From Waterburya sp. (GTDB lineage Bacteria > Cyanobacteriota > Cyanobacteriia > Cyanobacteriales > Xenococcaceae): 64,000 nt of DNA. Positions within the stretch are counted from its first letter, which is position 1; the number at the start of each line of letters is the position of its first letter. The position numbers were made by a program, and so were the translations under genes. This document shows positions 22,956-32,503 of the stretch, piece after piece. Below the pieces are notes generated by a model. That model ran no database searches and was not told where the DNA came from. It saw only the letters and a program-made list of their open reading frames with translations. The stretch is from positions 640,001 to 704,000 of the forward strand of contig CBDCJV010000002.1 of assembly GCA_965217895.1 (NCBI GenBank), given 5' to 3'.

Positions 22956-24728
22956 TTATTTACTAATTTTCAACTCTTCCAAATTCCAAAAAGCACCGCC
23001 TAAAGCCGAATACTTTACACCTTTTATCTTATTGCGTATTGCTGCCATAGAATAAGGATTTACCAGACAAATTACAGGTAGTTGTTCTGATACTAACTGC
23101 TGCACTTGGCTATAGATTGCTTTACGTTTTTCTCGATCTAGTTCTCTTGCACCTTCAATATAGAGTCTGGCTATTTCTGTTTCCCAGCCAGCTATTTTTC
23201 TAGCTTTCAAATCTGGAACGTTTTGATTAAATATGTGAGAGTTACCATCAACCGCCCACAAGTTATAACCACTATTAGGCTCGTTTCCGCCAGTAAAACC
23301 TAATAAAATACAGTCCCAATCAAGAGTGTTATCTAGTTTGCCGATCAGCACGTTAAAGTTAACGGTTCTAAAGTTAACTTTAATGCCAATGGTAGCCAAG
23401 TCTTCTTCGATCTGATTACCCATTGCCTCGCGGATAGTATTGCCTGTATTGGTGTTTAAAGTAAAGCTAACGCGATCGCCTTGCTGGTCAAATAACTGAC
23501 CCTGCTGGTTGTATTTAAATCCTGCTTCTAACAATAGCTGCTTGGCTTTTTCAGGATTGTAAGAATATCCTGCGATACTTTTGTCATAAAAGGGAGACTG
23601 CTTTGGCATAAAGGAATTTTGTGGCGCACCTAATCCGCGAAAGATATTTTTGATCATGCGATCGCGGTTAATTCCATAGGATACAGCTTGCCTAAAATTA
23701 ACGTTGTTAAACCAGTCTGATTTATTAGGATTGATTACAGGTTTGCCATTTTTTTTGCCTTGATTGAGGTTAAAGGCGATAAAGGTCATGCTATAAACTT
23801 CTCCGCCTTCTTCAATTCTAAAGTTTCCTTTCTTCTCTTCTTTTTTAAGCAGGGAAAAATACTCAGGTGAAACGCTCAGGGAATCTAAACTTCCAGAGCG
23901 AAACTGCACCAAAGAAGTATCGGTAGATTCAACAATTTCCCAAATGACGCGCTTGATATAAGGTAGAGGTTCGTTGACGACCTCTTTTTTCCAATAATTA
24001 GGATTTGCTTCAAAAACTAGTCTTTCAGAGGTAGCATAGCTTTTTAGCTTGTAAGCACTACTAGCAACAATATTTTCTGGAGGAGTATCCAACGACCAAG
24101 TAGAAAGAAACTTTAAATTTCCATCTTTGCCTTTTTGCTTGACAGTTTCTTGCAAGATATGAGCGGGATATATAGATGCGCCAGTTACTTCTAGAAATGG
24201 AGCGAATGGTTCGGGGATAGTAAACTTGACCTGAAGATCGTTAATCTTGGTAACTTCAGGAAAACCTTCACTTTGCCCAATTTTCAAGATATCTCTCATC
24301 CCTGTAGGAATATCTGGATTGAGATAAATCTGATTATAGGTAAAAACTACATCATCTGCGGTTAATGGATGACCATCAGACCATTGAAGATTTGGTCTTA
24401 GAGTATAGACAATTTCGAGATCATCGTCGGAAATTGACCACGATTTAGCCAACGCTGGTTTTGTTTCCCCTGTAATGGGATTTTGGGTAGTCAAGCCATC
24501 GAATAGCATTCCTCCTACACTACTACTAGTTTCATCGGTGGCAATTACAGGATTAAAGGTTTTGGGATCGCTCAAGATTGTCATAACTAGTTCGGGTGGT
24601 TGACTAGGGTTGGCAGTCAATGTAGCAGGGTTACAGGCGGTTAAAGGAATTAACAGCACCGTAACCCAAATTAAGATCAGACATTTAGTGACCAATGTGC
24701 GGAGAGAATTTAGTAAACCCAAAACCAA
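22956..24728 (-). CDS. ABC transporter substrate-binding lipoprotein, family 5 (peptide/nickel)
   Basis: Lipobox LTAC, DPKTFN, WSDGHPLTADDVVFT. Confidence 0.9.
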   Translation of the reverse strand: MVLGLLNSLRTLVTKCLILIWVTVLLIPLTACNPATLTANPSQPPELVMTILSDPKTFNPVIATDETSSSVGGMLFDGLTTQNPITGETKPALAKSWSISDDDLEIVYTLRPNLQWSDGHPLTADDVVFTYNQIYLNPDIPTGMRDILKIGQSEGFPEVTKINDLQVKFTIPEPFAPFLEVTGASIYPAHILQETVKQKGKDGNLKFLSTWSLDTPPENIVASSAYKLKSYATSERLVFEANPNYWKKEVVNEPLPYIKRVIWEIVESTDTSLVQFRSGSLDSLSVSPEYFSLLKKEEKKGNFRIEEGGEVYSMTFIAFNLNQGKKNGKPVINPNKSDWFNNVNFRQAVSYGINRDRMIKNIFRGLGAPQNSFMPKQSPFYDKSIAGYSYNPEKAKQLLLEAGFKYNQQGQLFDQQGDRVSFTLNTNTGNTIREAMGNQIEEDLATIGIKVNFRTVNFNVLIGKLDNTLDWDCILLGFTGGNEPNSGYNLWAVDGNSHIFNQNVPDLKARKIAGWETEIARLYIEGARELDREKRKAIYSQVQQLVSEQLPVICLVNPYSMAAIRNKIKGVKYSALGGAFWNLEELKISK

Positions 24729-24821
24729 TAATTTCCCTTACTCAGTTTTATGACACATTATATTTGTTACTTTCAATTTGAGGTGTGAATTTGATGGCGA
24801 TCGCGGGTAATGCCCAAATAA

Positions 24822-25100
24822 AAATACAAACAAAGAACAGGTTTACAATTTGGTAGAGAAGTAGAGCAAGATATCTTTTATGAAGGAATACAGGTTGGAA
24901 CAAGACGGGCTGGCTTTACCGTAGAAGACAAAGTAATAGTCGAACTAAAAGCAGTAATCAACTTAGAAAACGTTCATTTAGCACAAGCAAAAAACTATGT
25001 ATTAGCATATAACTTTCCTGTAGGTTTATTGATCAACTTTGGCTCGACTAGTCTACAATACAAAAAAATATTCCATCCCAAACAGCGATCGAGATTATGA
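24822..25100 (+). pseudogene. 5'-truncated GxxExxY (PD-(D/E)XK) protein remnant
   Basis: Frame reads ...REVEQDIFYEGIQVGTRRAGFTVEDKVIVELKAV...HLAQAKNY...GLLINFG; preceded by an in-frame stop, GxxExxY N-terminus absent. Confidence 0.8.
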
Positions 25101-25285
25101 GGATTAAAGGATTATCAGGATTTAGTTGTCTTTTTCCTCTGAAATTAATTAAAAATGCAAATCAGGATTATAAAAATTTAGAGGATGAACAAGATTAGGC
25201 TATTTATGAGAATCATAATTTGAGATAAATCTCGCAGCTAACCAATAACCTAATCCTGCAAATCCTAAAATCCTAAAAATCCCGA
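25101..25285. repeat. GGATT / AATCC short-repeat tracts in inverted orientation
   Basis: GGATTAAAGGATTATCAGGATTT ... AATCCTGCAAATCCTAAAATCCTAAAAATCCC. Confidence 0.6.
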
Positions 25286-25319
25286 TCTGCTATGAATAAA
25301 GTTGGCTTTTTATCTAACT

Positions 25320-27293
25320 ATGGATCTATCTCCTACTAAAAAAGCACTACTGGCGTTGAAACAAATGCAGAGTAAATTAGAAGCTCTCGAACAGGCTAAA
25401 CATGAGCCGATCGCTATAGTAGGAATAGGATGTCGTTTTCCTGGTGCGGATAACCCAGAAGAGTTTTGGCAGTTATTACAAAATGGTAAAGATGCGATTG
25501 TCGAGACTCCAGCAGAACGTTGGGATAAGTCTGATTATTATGCCCAACCAAGTACAACAGGTAAAATCTGCACTATCTATGGCGGATTTGTTTCCCATCT
25601 AAAGGAGTTTGATGCCAGTTTTTTTCGTATTGCACCAAGAGAAGCAGTTAGTCTCGATCCTCAACAAAGGCTGTTACTAGAGGTTAGTTGGGAAGCGTTG
25701 GAAAATGCTGCTATTCCCGCCGACAAAGTTCGAGGAAGTCAGACAGGAGTGTTTATCGGTGTCTCGGCTATAGACTATTGGCATCAGCTATTAAGCAGAA
25801 ACAATACAGAAATTGATGCTTACCTGACTACTGGCAATACTCACAGCTTGGCATCGGGACGAATATCGCACTTTTTTGATTTTACTGCTACCAGCATCTC
25901 TTTTGACACGGCTTGTTCATCATCTTTAGTAGCAGTACATTTAGCTATTAAAAGTTTACGCGATCGCGAGTGTAATATGGCTCTTGCAGGAGGAGTTAAC
26001 CGCCTTATTTCTCCTAAAATTAGCATTAATTTTTCTCAGGCAAAAATGCTTTCCCCTGATGGACGCTGCAAGACTTTTGATGCGGGTGCAAATGGTTTTG
26101 TTAGATCCGAAGGTTGCGGCATAGTAGTCTTGAAAAGATTAAGTGATGCGATCGCAAATGGCGATAATATTAGAGCTATCTTATTAGGTTCGGCTACAAA
26201 TCAGGATGGACGCACCAGCAGCATTACTACGCCTAATAGTTTGTCTCAGCAAGCGGTAATTGAACAGGCTTTGATTAATAGCAAAGTAGAAGCCAAGCAG
26301 ATTAGTTATCTAGAAACCCATGGTACAGGTACATCTTTAGGAGATGCGATCGAACTTGAGGCTTTGAGCAAAGTTTTTCAAGATAACGAGCAATTAATCT
26401 TAGGTGCGGTTAAAACTAATATTGGTCACTCGGAATCGGCAGCAGGGATAGCAAGTCTGATTAAAACTGTTTTAGCTTTAGAAAATAAGCTCATTCCTCC
26501 TAATTTACATCTCAATCAGCCTAATTCTAATGTAGAGTGGCAAAATTTACCTTTCAAACTGCCAGAGAAACCAATTAACTGGAACAAATCAACGCAACCC
26601 CGCATAGCTGGAGTTAGTGGCTTTGGCTTTAGTGGCACTAATGCTCATGTTGTTGTTAAAGAGGCTGATCTATTAGTTAGGGGAGATGGGGAGATAGACT
26701 TGCATCTGTTTACTTTATCTGCCAGAAACCAAAAGGCTCTATTTCAATTAGCTGCGGATTATATTAGTTATTTGGAATTACACCCCGATGTTTTAATTGA
26801 AGATATTTGCTATACGGTTAATGTAGGGCGATCGCATTTTAATCATAGAATAGCTCTTGTCGTTACCTCGATCGCCGAGCTGCAAGCCGAGTTAGTCCGA
26901 TACACTACTCAAGAAACATCATCAAAATTGTGGCAAAGTAAAGCCAATCTTAATCAAGAGCCAAAACTTACTTTAATAGTTTCGGCTCAAGTTAGTAGCG
27001 AGTTAAAAGAATTAGCTGAATCTTTGATCGAGAATTCCTTTGTTTCAAGCGATACAGCTAATATTTATTGGCAGATACATAACCCTCAAACAATACCAAA
27101 TAATAACCAGAAAACTATTGTTTCTCAAATCAAGCCAGATTTAAATAATTGGCAAATAATTATTTCTGGACTGGCTCAACTATATATATTAGGAGTAAAT
27201 ATAAGCTGGGAAGTACTAAGTAAAAACTGTAGTGGTAAAAAAATTAGTCTTCCTACTTATCCGTTTCAGCGACAAAAATATTGGTTAGATTAA
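25320..27293 (+). CDS. Type I PKS ketosynthase with docking domain and post-KS linker; no AT or ACP domain
   Basis: EPIAIVGIGCRFPG, DTACSSS, HGTGT, KTNIGH, GFSGTNAH, terminal LPTYPFQRQKYW. Confidence 0.9.
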   Translation: MDLSPTKKALLALKQMQSKLEALEQAKHEPIAIVGIGCRFPGADNPEEFWQLLQNGKDAIVETPAERWDKSDYYAQPSTTGKICTIYGGFVSHLKEFDASFFRIAPREAVSLDPQQRLLLEVSWEALENAAIPADKVRGSQTGVFIGVSAIDYWHQLLSRNNTEIDAYLTTGNTHSLASGRISHFFDFTATSISFDTACSSSLVAVHLAIKSLRDRECNMALAGGVNRLISPKISINFSQAKMLSPDGRCKTFDAGANGFVRSEGCGIVVLKRLSDAIANGDNIRAILLGSATNQDGRTSSITTPNSLSQQAVIEQALINSKVEAKQISYLETHGTGTSLGDAIELEALSKVFQDNEQLILGAVKTNIGHSESAAGIASLIKTVLALENKLIPPNLHLNQPNSNVEWQNLPFKLPEKPINWNKSTQPRIAGVSGFGFSGTNAHVVVKEADLLVRGDGEIDLHLFTLSARNQKALFQLAADYISYLELHPDVLIEDICYTVNVGRSHFNHRIALVVTSIAELQAELVRYTTQETSSKLWQSKANLNQEPKLTLIVSAQVSSELKELAESLIENSFVSSDTANIYWQIHNPQTIPNNNQKTIVSQIKPDLNNWQIIISGLAQLYILGVNISWEVLSKNCSGKKISLPTYPFQRQKYWLD

Positions 27294-27295
27294 AA

Positions 27296-27391
27296 TGTAG
27301 CAGTCCTATTTCGTTTGTGAACAGTTAAATCTTGGAACAGGGAATAGGAAATAGGGAACGAAGATTTCACGATTCATCTAAGATTATTATA
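27296..27391. mobile_element. Degenerate MITE carrying GGAATAG-type heptamers
   Basis: Imperfect inverted ends TGTAGCAGTCCTA..GTGAA / TTCAC..TAAGATTATTATA. Confidence 0.4.
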
Positions 27392-27454
27392 TCATACTTA
27401 GTTATATCAATAAACAATTATATATTTATTTTTTATTAAGACAAATCATATTTA

Positions 27455-28906
27455 ATGTATTTATTAAACAATATACAATGGCACGATTTAGCCTATATAT
27501 ATCGTCAGAAACACAGGCTAAATCGCTTAAAAGAAAGCAGCAAAAACTATCAATATAACTATAAAAATATAGGAATACCTATATTACCTATTGGTTTAAA
27601 GCTGAGAGGTTATCAACACCAAGCTGTAGGTAATTGGTTAGAAAACAAAGGCAGAGGGACGCTAAAGATGGCGACAGGTAGCGGTAAAACTATTATTGCC
27701 CTGGCGATCGCCGTAGAACTTTATCAACAAATAGGACTTCAAGCATTAATTATAGTCTGCCCATATCGGCACTTAGTAACTCAATGGTCGAGAGAATGTC
27801 AAAAGTTTAATCTTCAGCCAGTTATTGCCATGACGCGGGTAGATAATTGGCAAAGCGAACTATCTAATCAGCTATACAATTTAGCAAATAATCCTCAATA
27901 TTTTCTGACAATTATTACTACTAATTCCACTTTAATAAGTGCAGGATTTCAATCTCAGCTTAAATATTTTCCGCCTAAAACATTAATTGTTGGCGATGAG
28001 GCACATAATTTAGGTTCAACTCGCATCGAGTCTAGTTTACCCAGAAATATTGGCTTACGTTTGGCTCTTTCTGCTACTCCAGAAAGACAATATGATGAAC
28101 TAGGAACAGAAGCTTTACTAAGCTATTTCGGCTCAATAATTCAACCAGAATTTACATTAGCTGATGCCATCAAACAAGAAGCATTAGTTCACTATTTATA
28201 TTACCCTGTTTTTGTTGAATTAACCGCCATAGAAGCATCTACTTATGCCAAGCTAACTAAGCGTATTGGCTGGAATTTGAGCAAGAATCATAGTTTTGCA
28301 GCTAACGATACCTTAACCTCTTTACTGACAAAGCGATCGCGTTTAATTGCCACAGCAGCTAATAAGTTAACTTGCCTTCAAGAATTAATGGCATCTAGAC
28401 TTAATACTAGCCATACGCTGTTTTATTGCGGTGATGGATATTTAGATAGTGGTGTACGTCAAATTGATGCGGTGACTCATTTATTAGGCAAAAAGCTAGG
28501 CTATCGCGTCAATACCTATACTACCGAAACATCCTTAGATGAAAGAGAACGTTTACGCCGTCAGTTTGAAGCGGGAGAGTTGCAGGGTTTGGTTGCCATT
28601 CGTTGTCTAGACGAGGGAATAGATATACCTGCAATCAAAACCGCTGTTATTCTCGCCAGCAGCAGTAACCCGCGTCAGTTTATTCAACGTCGCGGTAGAA
28701 TTTTACGTCCTCATCCTGGCAAAAAACAGGCAACTTTATTTGACACTATTGTTATACCTCCTAATTTAGATCGCGAAACTTGGGAAGTTGAAAGAAACTT
28801 ATTACGCAAAGAATTACTCAGATTTATTACTTTTGCTGAATTAGCAGATAACGCTAATGAGGCTACAAGGAAATTATTAAGATTGCAAGAACAATATGAA
28901 CTTTAG
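27455..28906 (+). CDS. SF2 DEAD/DEAH helicase resembling the DNA phosphorothioation-associated restriction protein
   Basis: MATGSGKT, DEAH, LSATPER, CLDEGIDIP, NPRQFIQRRGRILR; family assignment from recall. Confidence 0.8.
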   Translation: MYLLNNIQWHDLAYIYRQKHRLNRLKESSKNYQYNYKNIGIPILPIGLKLRGYQHQAVGNWLENKGRGTLKMATGSGKTIIALAIAVELYQQIGLQALIIVCPYRHLVTQWSRECQKFNLQPVIAMTRVDNWQSELSNQLYNLANNPQYFLTIITTNSTLISAGFQSQLKYFPPKTLIVGDEAHNLGSTRIESSLPRNIGLRLALSATPERQYDELGTEALLSYFGSIIQPEFTLADAIKQEALVHYLYYPVFVELTAIEASTYAKLTKRIGWNLSKNHSFAANDTLTSLLTKRSRLIATAANKLTCLQELMASRLNTSHTLFYCGDGYLDSGVRQIDAVTHLLGKKLGYRVNTYTTETSLDERERLRRQFEAGELQGLVAIRCLDEGIDIPAIKTAVILASSSNPRQFIQRRGRILRPHPGKKQATLFDTIVIPPNLDRETWEVERNLLRKELLRFITFAELADNANEATRKLLRLQEQYEL

Positions 28907-28970
28907 TCTTTAGTTAGTCAACAGTTAATAAACAATAGCAGAATAATATTGTAATAGTAATAAAAAACCG

Positions 28971-29579
28971 ATGGCAAAATTTTATTCTCAACTAACTTCC
29001 CCGTTACAAACTTTTATCCAGAATCAAAAGATCTTTTTTACCGCAACCGCACCTCTATCGGGCAGGATTAATTTATCTCCTAAAGGTATTGATACTTTTT
29101 GCTGTATTGATGACAACACGGTGGCATATTTAGATTTAACTGGTAGTGGTAACGAAACTGCGGCACATCTGCACGAAAATAGCAGAATAACTATTATGTT
29201 TTGTAGTTTTGATGAAGATCCTCTAATCTTAAGATTATACGGTCAAGGAGAAGTAATTAGTAGTCAGAGCGATCGCGAAGCTAGAGCGGGCGGAAACGCC
29301 GAATTTAGTTCGGCTTGTTCCACGCCCGCTAGAAGGCATCGCTTTAACACTTTACATTCCCTGTTTCCTAACCTCCCTGGGGAAAGACAGATAATATTAC
29401 TTAATATCGAATCGGTACAAACTTCCTGTGGTTTTGGCGTACCCGTATATGAATTTAAAGAAGATCGGGAAACTTTAATTAATTGGGCAGCTAAAAAAGG
29501 AAAATCAGGTATTAAGCAATATCAACAAGAAAATAACCTAGAAAGTATCGATGGATTACCTACCAATCTTGGTAAATGA
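28971..29579 (+). CDS. Pyridoxamine 5'-phosphate oxidase-like FMN-binding protein with a 22-aa in-frame insertion
   Basis: INLSPKG, YLDLTGSGNETAAH, ILRLYG, VQTSCGFGVP. Confidence 0.88.
   Translation: MAKFYSQLTSPLQTFIQNQKIFFTATAPLSGRINLSPKGIDTFCCIDDNTVAYLDLTGSGNETAAHLHENSRITIMFCSFDEDPLILRLYGQGEVISSQSDREARAGGNAEFSSACSTPARRHRFNTLHSLFPNLPGERQIILLNIESVQTSCGFGVPVYEFKEDRETLINWAAKKGKSGIKQYQQENNLESIDGLPTNLGK
29269..29342. mobile_element. HIP1-associated nested palindromic insertion (SDR5-like), 66 nt, in frame
   Basis: GCGATCGC, then GAAGCTAG..AGCGGGCG..GCCGAA-TTTAG-TTCGGC..CGCCCGCT..AGAAGGC, then ATCGC. Confidence 0.7.
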
Positions 29580-29832
29580 ACCTTCGCTTTGTTAATGGTT
29601 AATTGCAGTCGCCGAAAATCAATCTCTAACAATTGTTAAGTAGTCTGTGCGCTGTTGATTGCAATCAACAATTAACAATCAACTACCAACATGAAATCCC
29701 ACTTCAATTATGGGTAGATGAGCTTAATTGATTCAACAATAGTTAAAATCAGTAGCATTTTGATGAGCTAAAATTATTTTGTCTAGGGATACGAACTAAT
29801 CAAAATTTGATGATAGAAAAAGATAAATTAAT

Positions 29833-30381
29833 ATGGCTTCAACTATTTACAAATGGTCTATAGATGAATGGCACGAGTTAGTGGACTCAGGGGTATTAGA
29901 AGAAAAGCCTGTTGAACTCCTAGAAGGAAATATAGTTGAAATAAGTCCCGAAGGAATTGAACATAGCTATACGAATCAGTCAGTCAGCGATTACCTTAGG
30001 AACTTGCTTAAGGGAAAAGCATCTATTAGAGATGCTCATCCAATCACCTTAGATAATAGTGAACCAGAACCCGATATTGCGATCGTTCAACTACCAACAA
30101 CTATTTATCGTCAACATCATCCTTTTTCACAGAATATTTATCTGCTGATTGAGGTATCTAATAGGACTTTAAAGAAAGATCTTGAAGAAAAAATCATTAC
30201 TTATGCTCGTAACGGTATACCTGAATATTGGGTGATAGATTTGAAGAATAAAAAGCTGATCGCTCATACTAAACCACAAAATGGTATCTATTCACAAATT
30301 GTTGAATACCAATCAGGCACAATTACGCCTCAAGCCTTTCCTGATATTGATATTAATTTAAGCAAACTGCTGCTGTATTAA
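29833..30381 (+). CDS. Uma2 family endonuclease-like protein
   Basis: SEPEPD, LLIEVS, KxxxYARNGIPEYWVIDL. Confidence 0.92.
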   Translation: MASTIYKWSIDEWHELVDSGVLEEKPVELLEGNIVEISPEGIEHSYTNQSVSDYLRNLLKGKASIRDAHPITLDNSEPEPDIAIVQLPTTIYRQHHPFSQNIYLLIEVSNRTLKKDLEEKIITYARNGIPEYWVIDLKNKKLIAHTKPQNGIYSQIVEYQSGTITPQAFPDIDINLSKLLLY

Positions 30382-30412
30382 TATTTTATTTTTTGTCAAA
30401 TAATTGGAAATT

Positions 30413-30470
30413 GGTGGGCAAAAAAATTATTTATGAAGTGTTTTCTATATTCTAAATTTGCCCACCCTAC
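30413..30470. repeat. REP-like inverted repeat
   Basis: GGTGGGCAAA ... TTTGCCCACC followed by CTAC. Confidence 0.6.
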
Positions 30471-30627
30471 AAGCGATCGCACTTTTAGATATTTGTGTTA
30501 AACAATAGCTATTTAGCTACATCGTAAAGCTGTCGGTTTAGCTTGGCAATAGCTTGCTCACAATACCAGTCAATAGACTTGCAACGAAAATGGATAACAC
30601 AGTGGGCAATAAGCAACGGGATGGTAA

Positions 30628-31395
30628 TTACTGTGGAGATTGTGTAGTGTTTATCTGTGGTGAGTCGGGTATCTCAAGCAGTCGCAAATATCCTTTGAAA
30701 AAATATGGTACTAGTCCACAGGTTATATCCAGGACATTTTTATCCATTCTTATAGCTAAGTCTCTTAAAGTTCTCTTTCCATTGAGTAAGCGAGTCATGT
30801 TAGCCAGAATAACGTCTGGCAGATGTTTTTGTAATTCGTGATATCGCTTGAGAAGTGGAGCATGATGAGGAGAACAAGAGGCTAAACCCTTGGCACCCCA
30901 AGTTGACCATTCTGTTTGAGAGCGAAAAAGGATTTGCTCTAGGTTAATAAACGCTAAAGATAGGCTAAAGCCAGCTTTGAGTAAATAATGGGCTGAAGTC
31001 TCTTGCACTGCATACTTTAAACCATTGTTATATTCCTTTTGCAACAAATCAAAAAATATCTCTTGGCTATGATTTTCAATTAAAGCTTTTACCTGTTCTC
31101 GCTTAACCATTTTTCGTTGGAGCAAAACATTGATTAAGCAATAATTTGGCGATCGCAATTCACTCTGGTTACGTAAAGCAATAGAAATAGTATCAACGCC
31201 AGGACAATAATAAGCAAAATTTCTGCGCCAGGAGCGATTTACGTGGTATCCTCCATCAGCCCATAAATATTTTCCTAAATAAAAAAACAATTCCCACTTT
31301 TGTTCATCATCTTGAGATGTTATGGTCAAAATACCTGTGAATTTTTCTCGATGGAGAGCAATAAGTTGTTCACTTAGTTTACTATTAGCACTCAT
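30628..31395 (-). CDS. PatA N-terminal (PATAN/DUF4388-like) domain protein without receiver domain
   Basis: FTGILTI...W.LFFYLG...WADGG.H..R.WRR, LLNGKRTLRDLA; ends before any receiver; start at MSANSK. Confidence 0.75.
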   Translation of the reverse strand: MSANSKLSEQLIALHREKFTGILTITSQDDEQKWELFFYLGKYLWADGGYHVNRSWRRNFAYYCPGVDTISIALRNQSELRSPNYCLINVLLQRKMVKREQVKALIENHSQEIFFDLLQKEYNNGLKYAVQETSAHYLLKAGFSLSLAFINLEQILFRSQTEWSTWGAKGLASCSPHHAPLLKRYHELQKHLPDVILANMTRLLNGKRTLRDLAIRMDKNVLDITCGLVPYFFKGYLRLLEIPDSPQINTTQSPQ

Positions 31396-31486
31396 GAAAA
31401 TTATCGAAGAGTAAACAAAAAGTTGGTAATTAAGAACACAATCATAACCCTCGAAGTTGAAAACTGGTAGATGGTCATAGAGCAAG

Positions 31487-32503
31487 CTAGAATTCTAGAT
31501 AATATTTGCCGTCTTCCATTTTATAAAAAACAAGCTCATCTTTCCCATACTCGGTAAGGGTTTCTTGGGTGACAGGTTCATATTTCTTTAGAGTTCCAGA
31601 GCGTTCTAACTTACCCTTAAGCCATATACCAAATATTTGTAAGCTGTTTTTAGAACGAATGTTCTTATTATTGTCACCCTGAGTTCTCATCGGTATGATG
31701 TAACCGTCATCAGTGTAGGCTTCAAAATCACCTTGAGGATAATACTCTTGTGAATTCAAATCCTTATCGGCTATTAATTCAATTTCATACCAGGGGCGCG
31801 GTGTGATTATACCCGTCTTACTATTTAATCGACCCTTACCAAAATAAACATTTAGGTTTGACTGTTGTTTATCAACTACTCTCGATAAAGGAAAAACAAA
31901 TCTGGATAAATTATCTTTTGATACAGTTCTGGGATCGTATGTTGATAGACTATTCCACTGATTTTGAATCGTTGATAAAGTACTTTTCTTTTTAGTTGAA
32001 ACGATGTTGCCAGCTTTATCTATGTTTATTGCATATTCTTGTGAATATAATTCTTCTAGAAAACTGACGATTGCATCTTTTTGCTGAGGAATTATTACAG
32101 GTAGAGTACATTCAATGTTAGTTTTTGTCCCACTACTTGAAAAGTTAGAAGAACCTACATATATACTTGATTTTGATTTTCTTTCAAAATAGTAAACCTT
32201 TCCGTGATAACGTCTGCCATTCGTTAGGTATACGCCTGAAGCATTACCATAGCTTTTGAGTAGAGAATTAAGCTGAATAAGAGCATCGTATTTTTTCTGA
32301 CTCAAGCCTTCATAGAACGCCATTCCTAACAGTAGGCGTGAGCTACCGCCAGAATTGGCAATTCTGATAAAATCTGAGGTGTAAGTATTAATGATATCGA
32401 GCGATGTATAGCCAGAAGCTATAGTAACGTTTGTAGCTTTTCTGAACTCTACATCAAGTATATTACAAAAATTACCGCCAAATGCCGCTAAATTGGTAAA
32501 CAT
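31487..32503 (-). CDS. NgoFVII/CglI-type restriction endonuclease (PLD nuclease plus DNA-binding domain)
   Basis: YHGKVY...YVGSSNFS PLD motif; SNLNVYFGKGR, PRPWYEIEL, TDDG, GIWLKGKLE C-terminal motifs; overlaps the MTase. Confidence 0.85.
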   Translation of the reverse strand: MFTNLAAFGGNFCNILDVEFRKATNVTIASGYTSLDIINTYTSDFIRIANSGGSSRLLLGMAFYEGLSQKKYDALIQLNSLLKSYGNASGVYLTNGRRYHGKVYYFERKSKSSIYVGSSNFSSSGTKTNIECTLPVIIPQQKDAIVSFLEELYSQEYAINIDKAGNIVSTKKKSTLSTIQNQWNSLSTYDPRTVSKDNLSRFVFPLSRVVDKQQSNLNVYFGKGRLNSKTGIITPRPWYEIELIADKDLNSQEYYPQGDFEAYTDDGYIIPMRTQGDNNKNIRSKNSLQIFGIWLKGKLERSGTLKKYEPVTQETLTEYGKDELVFYKMEDGKYYLEF

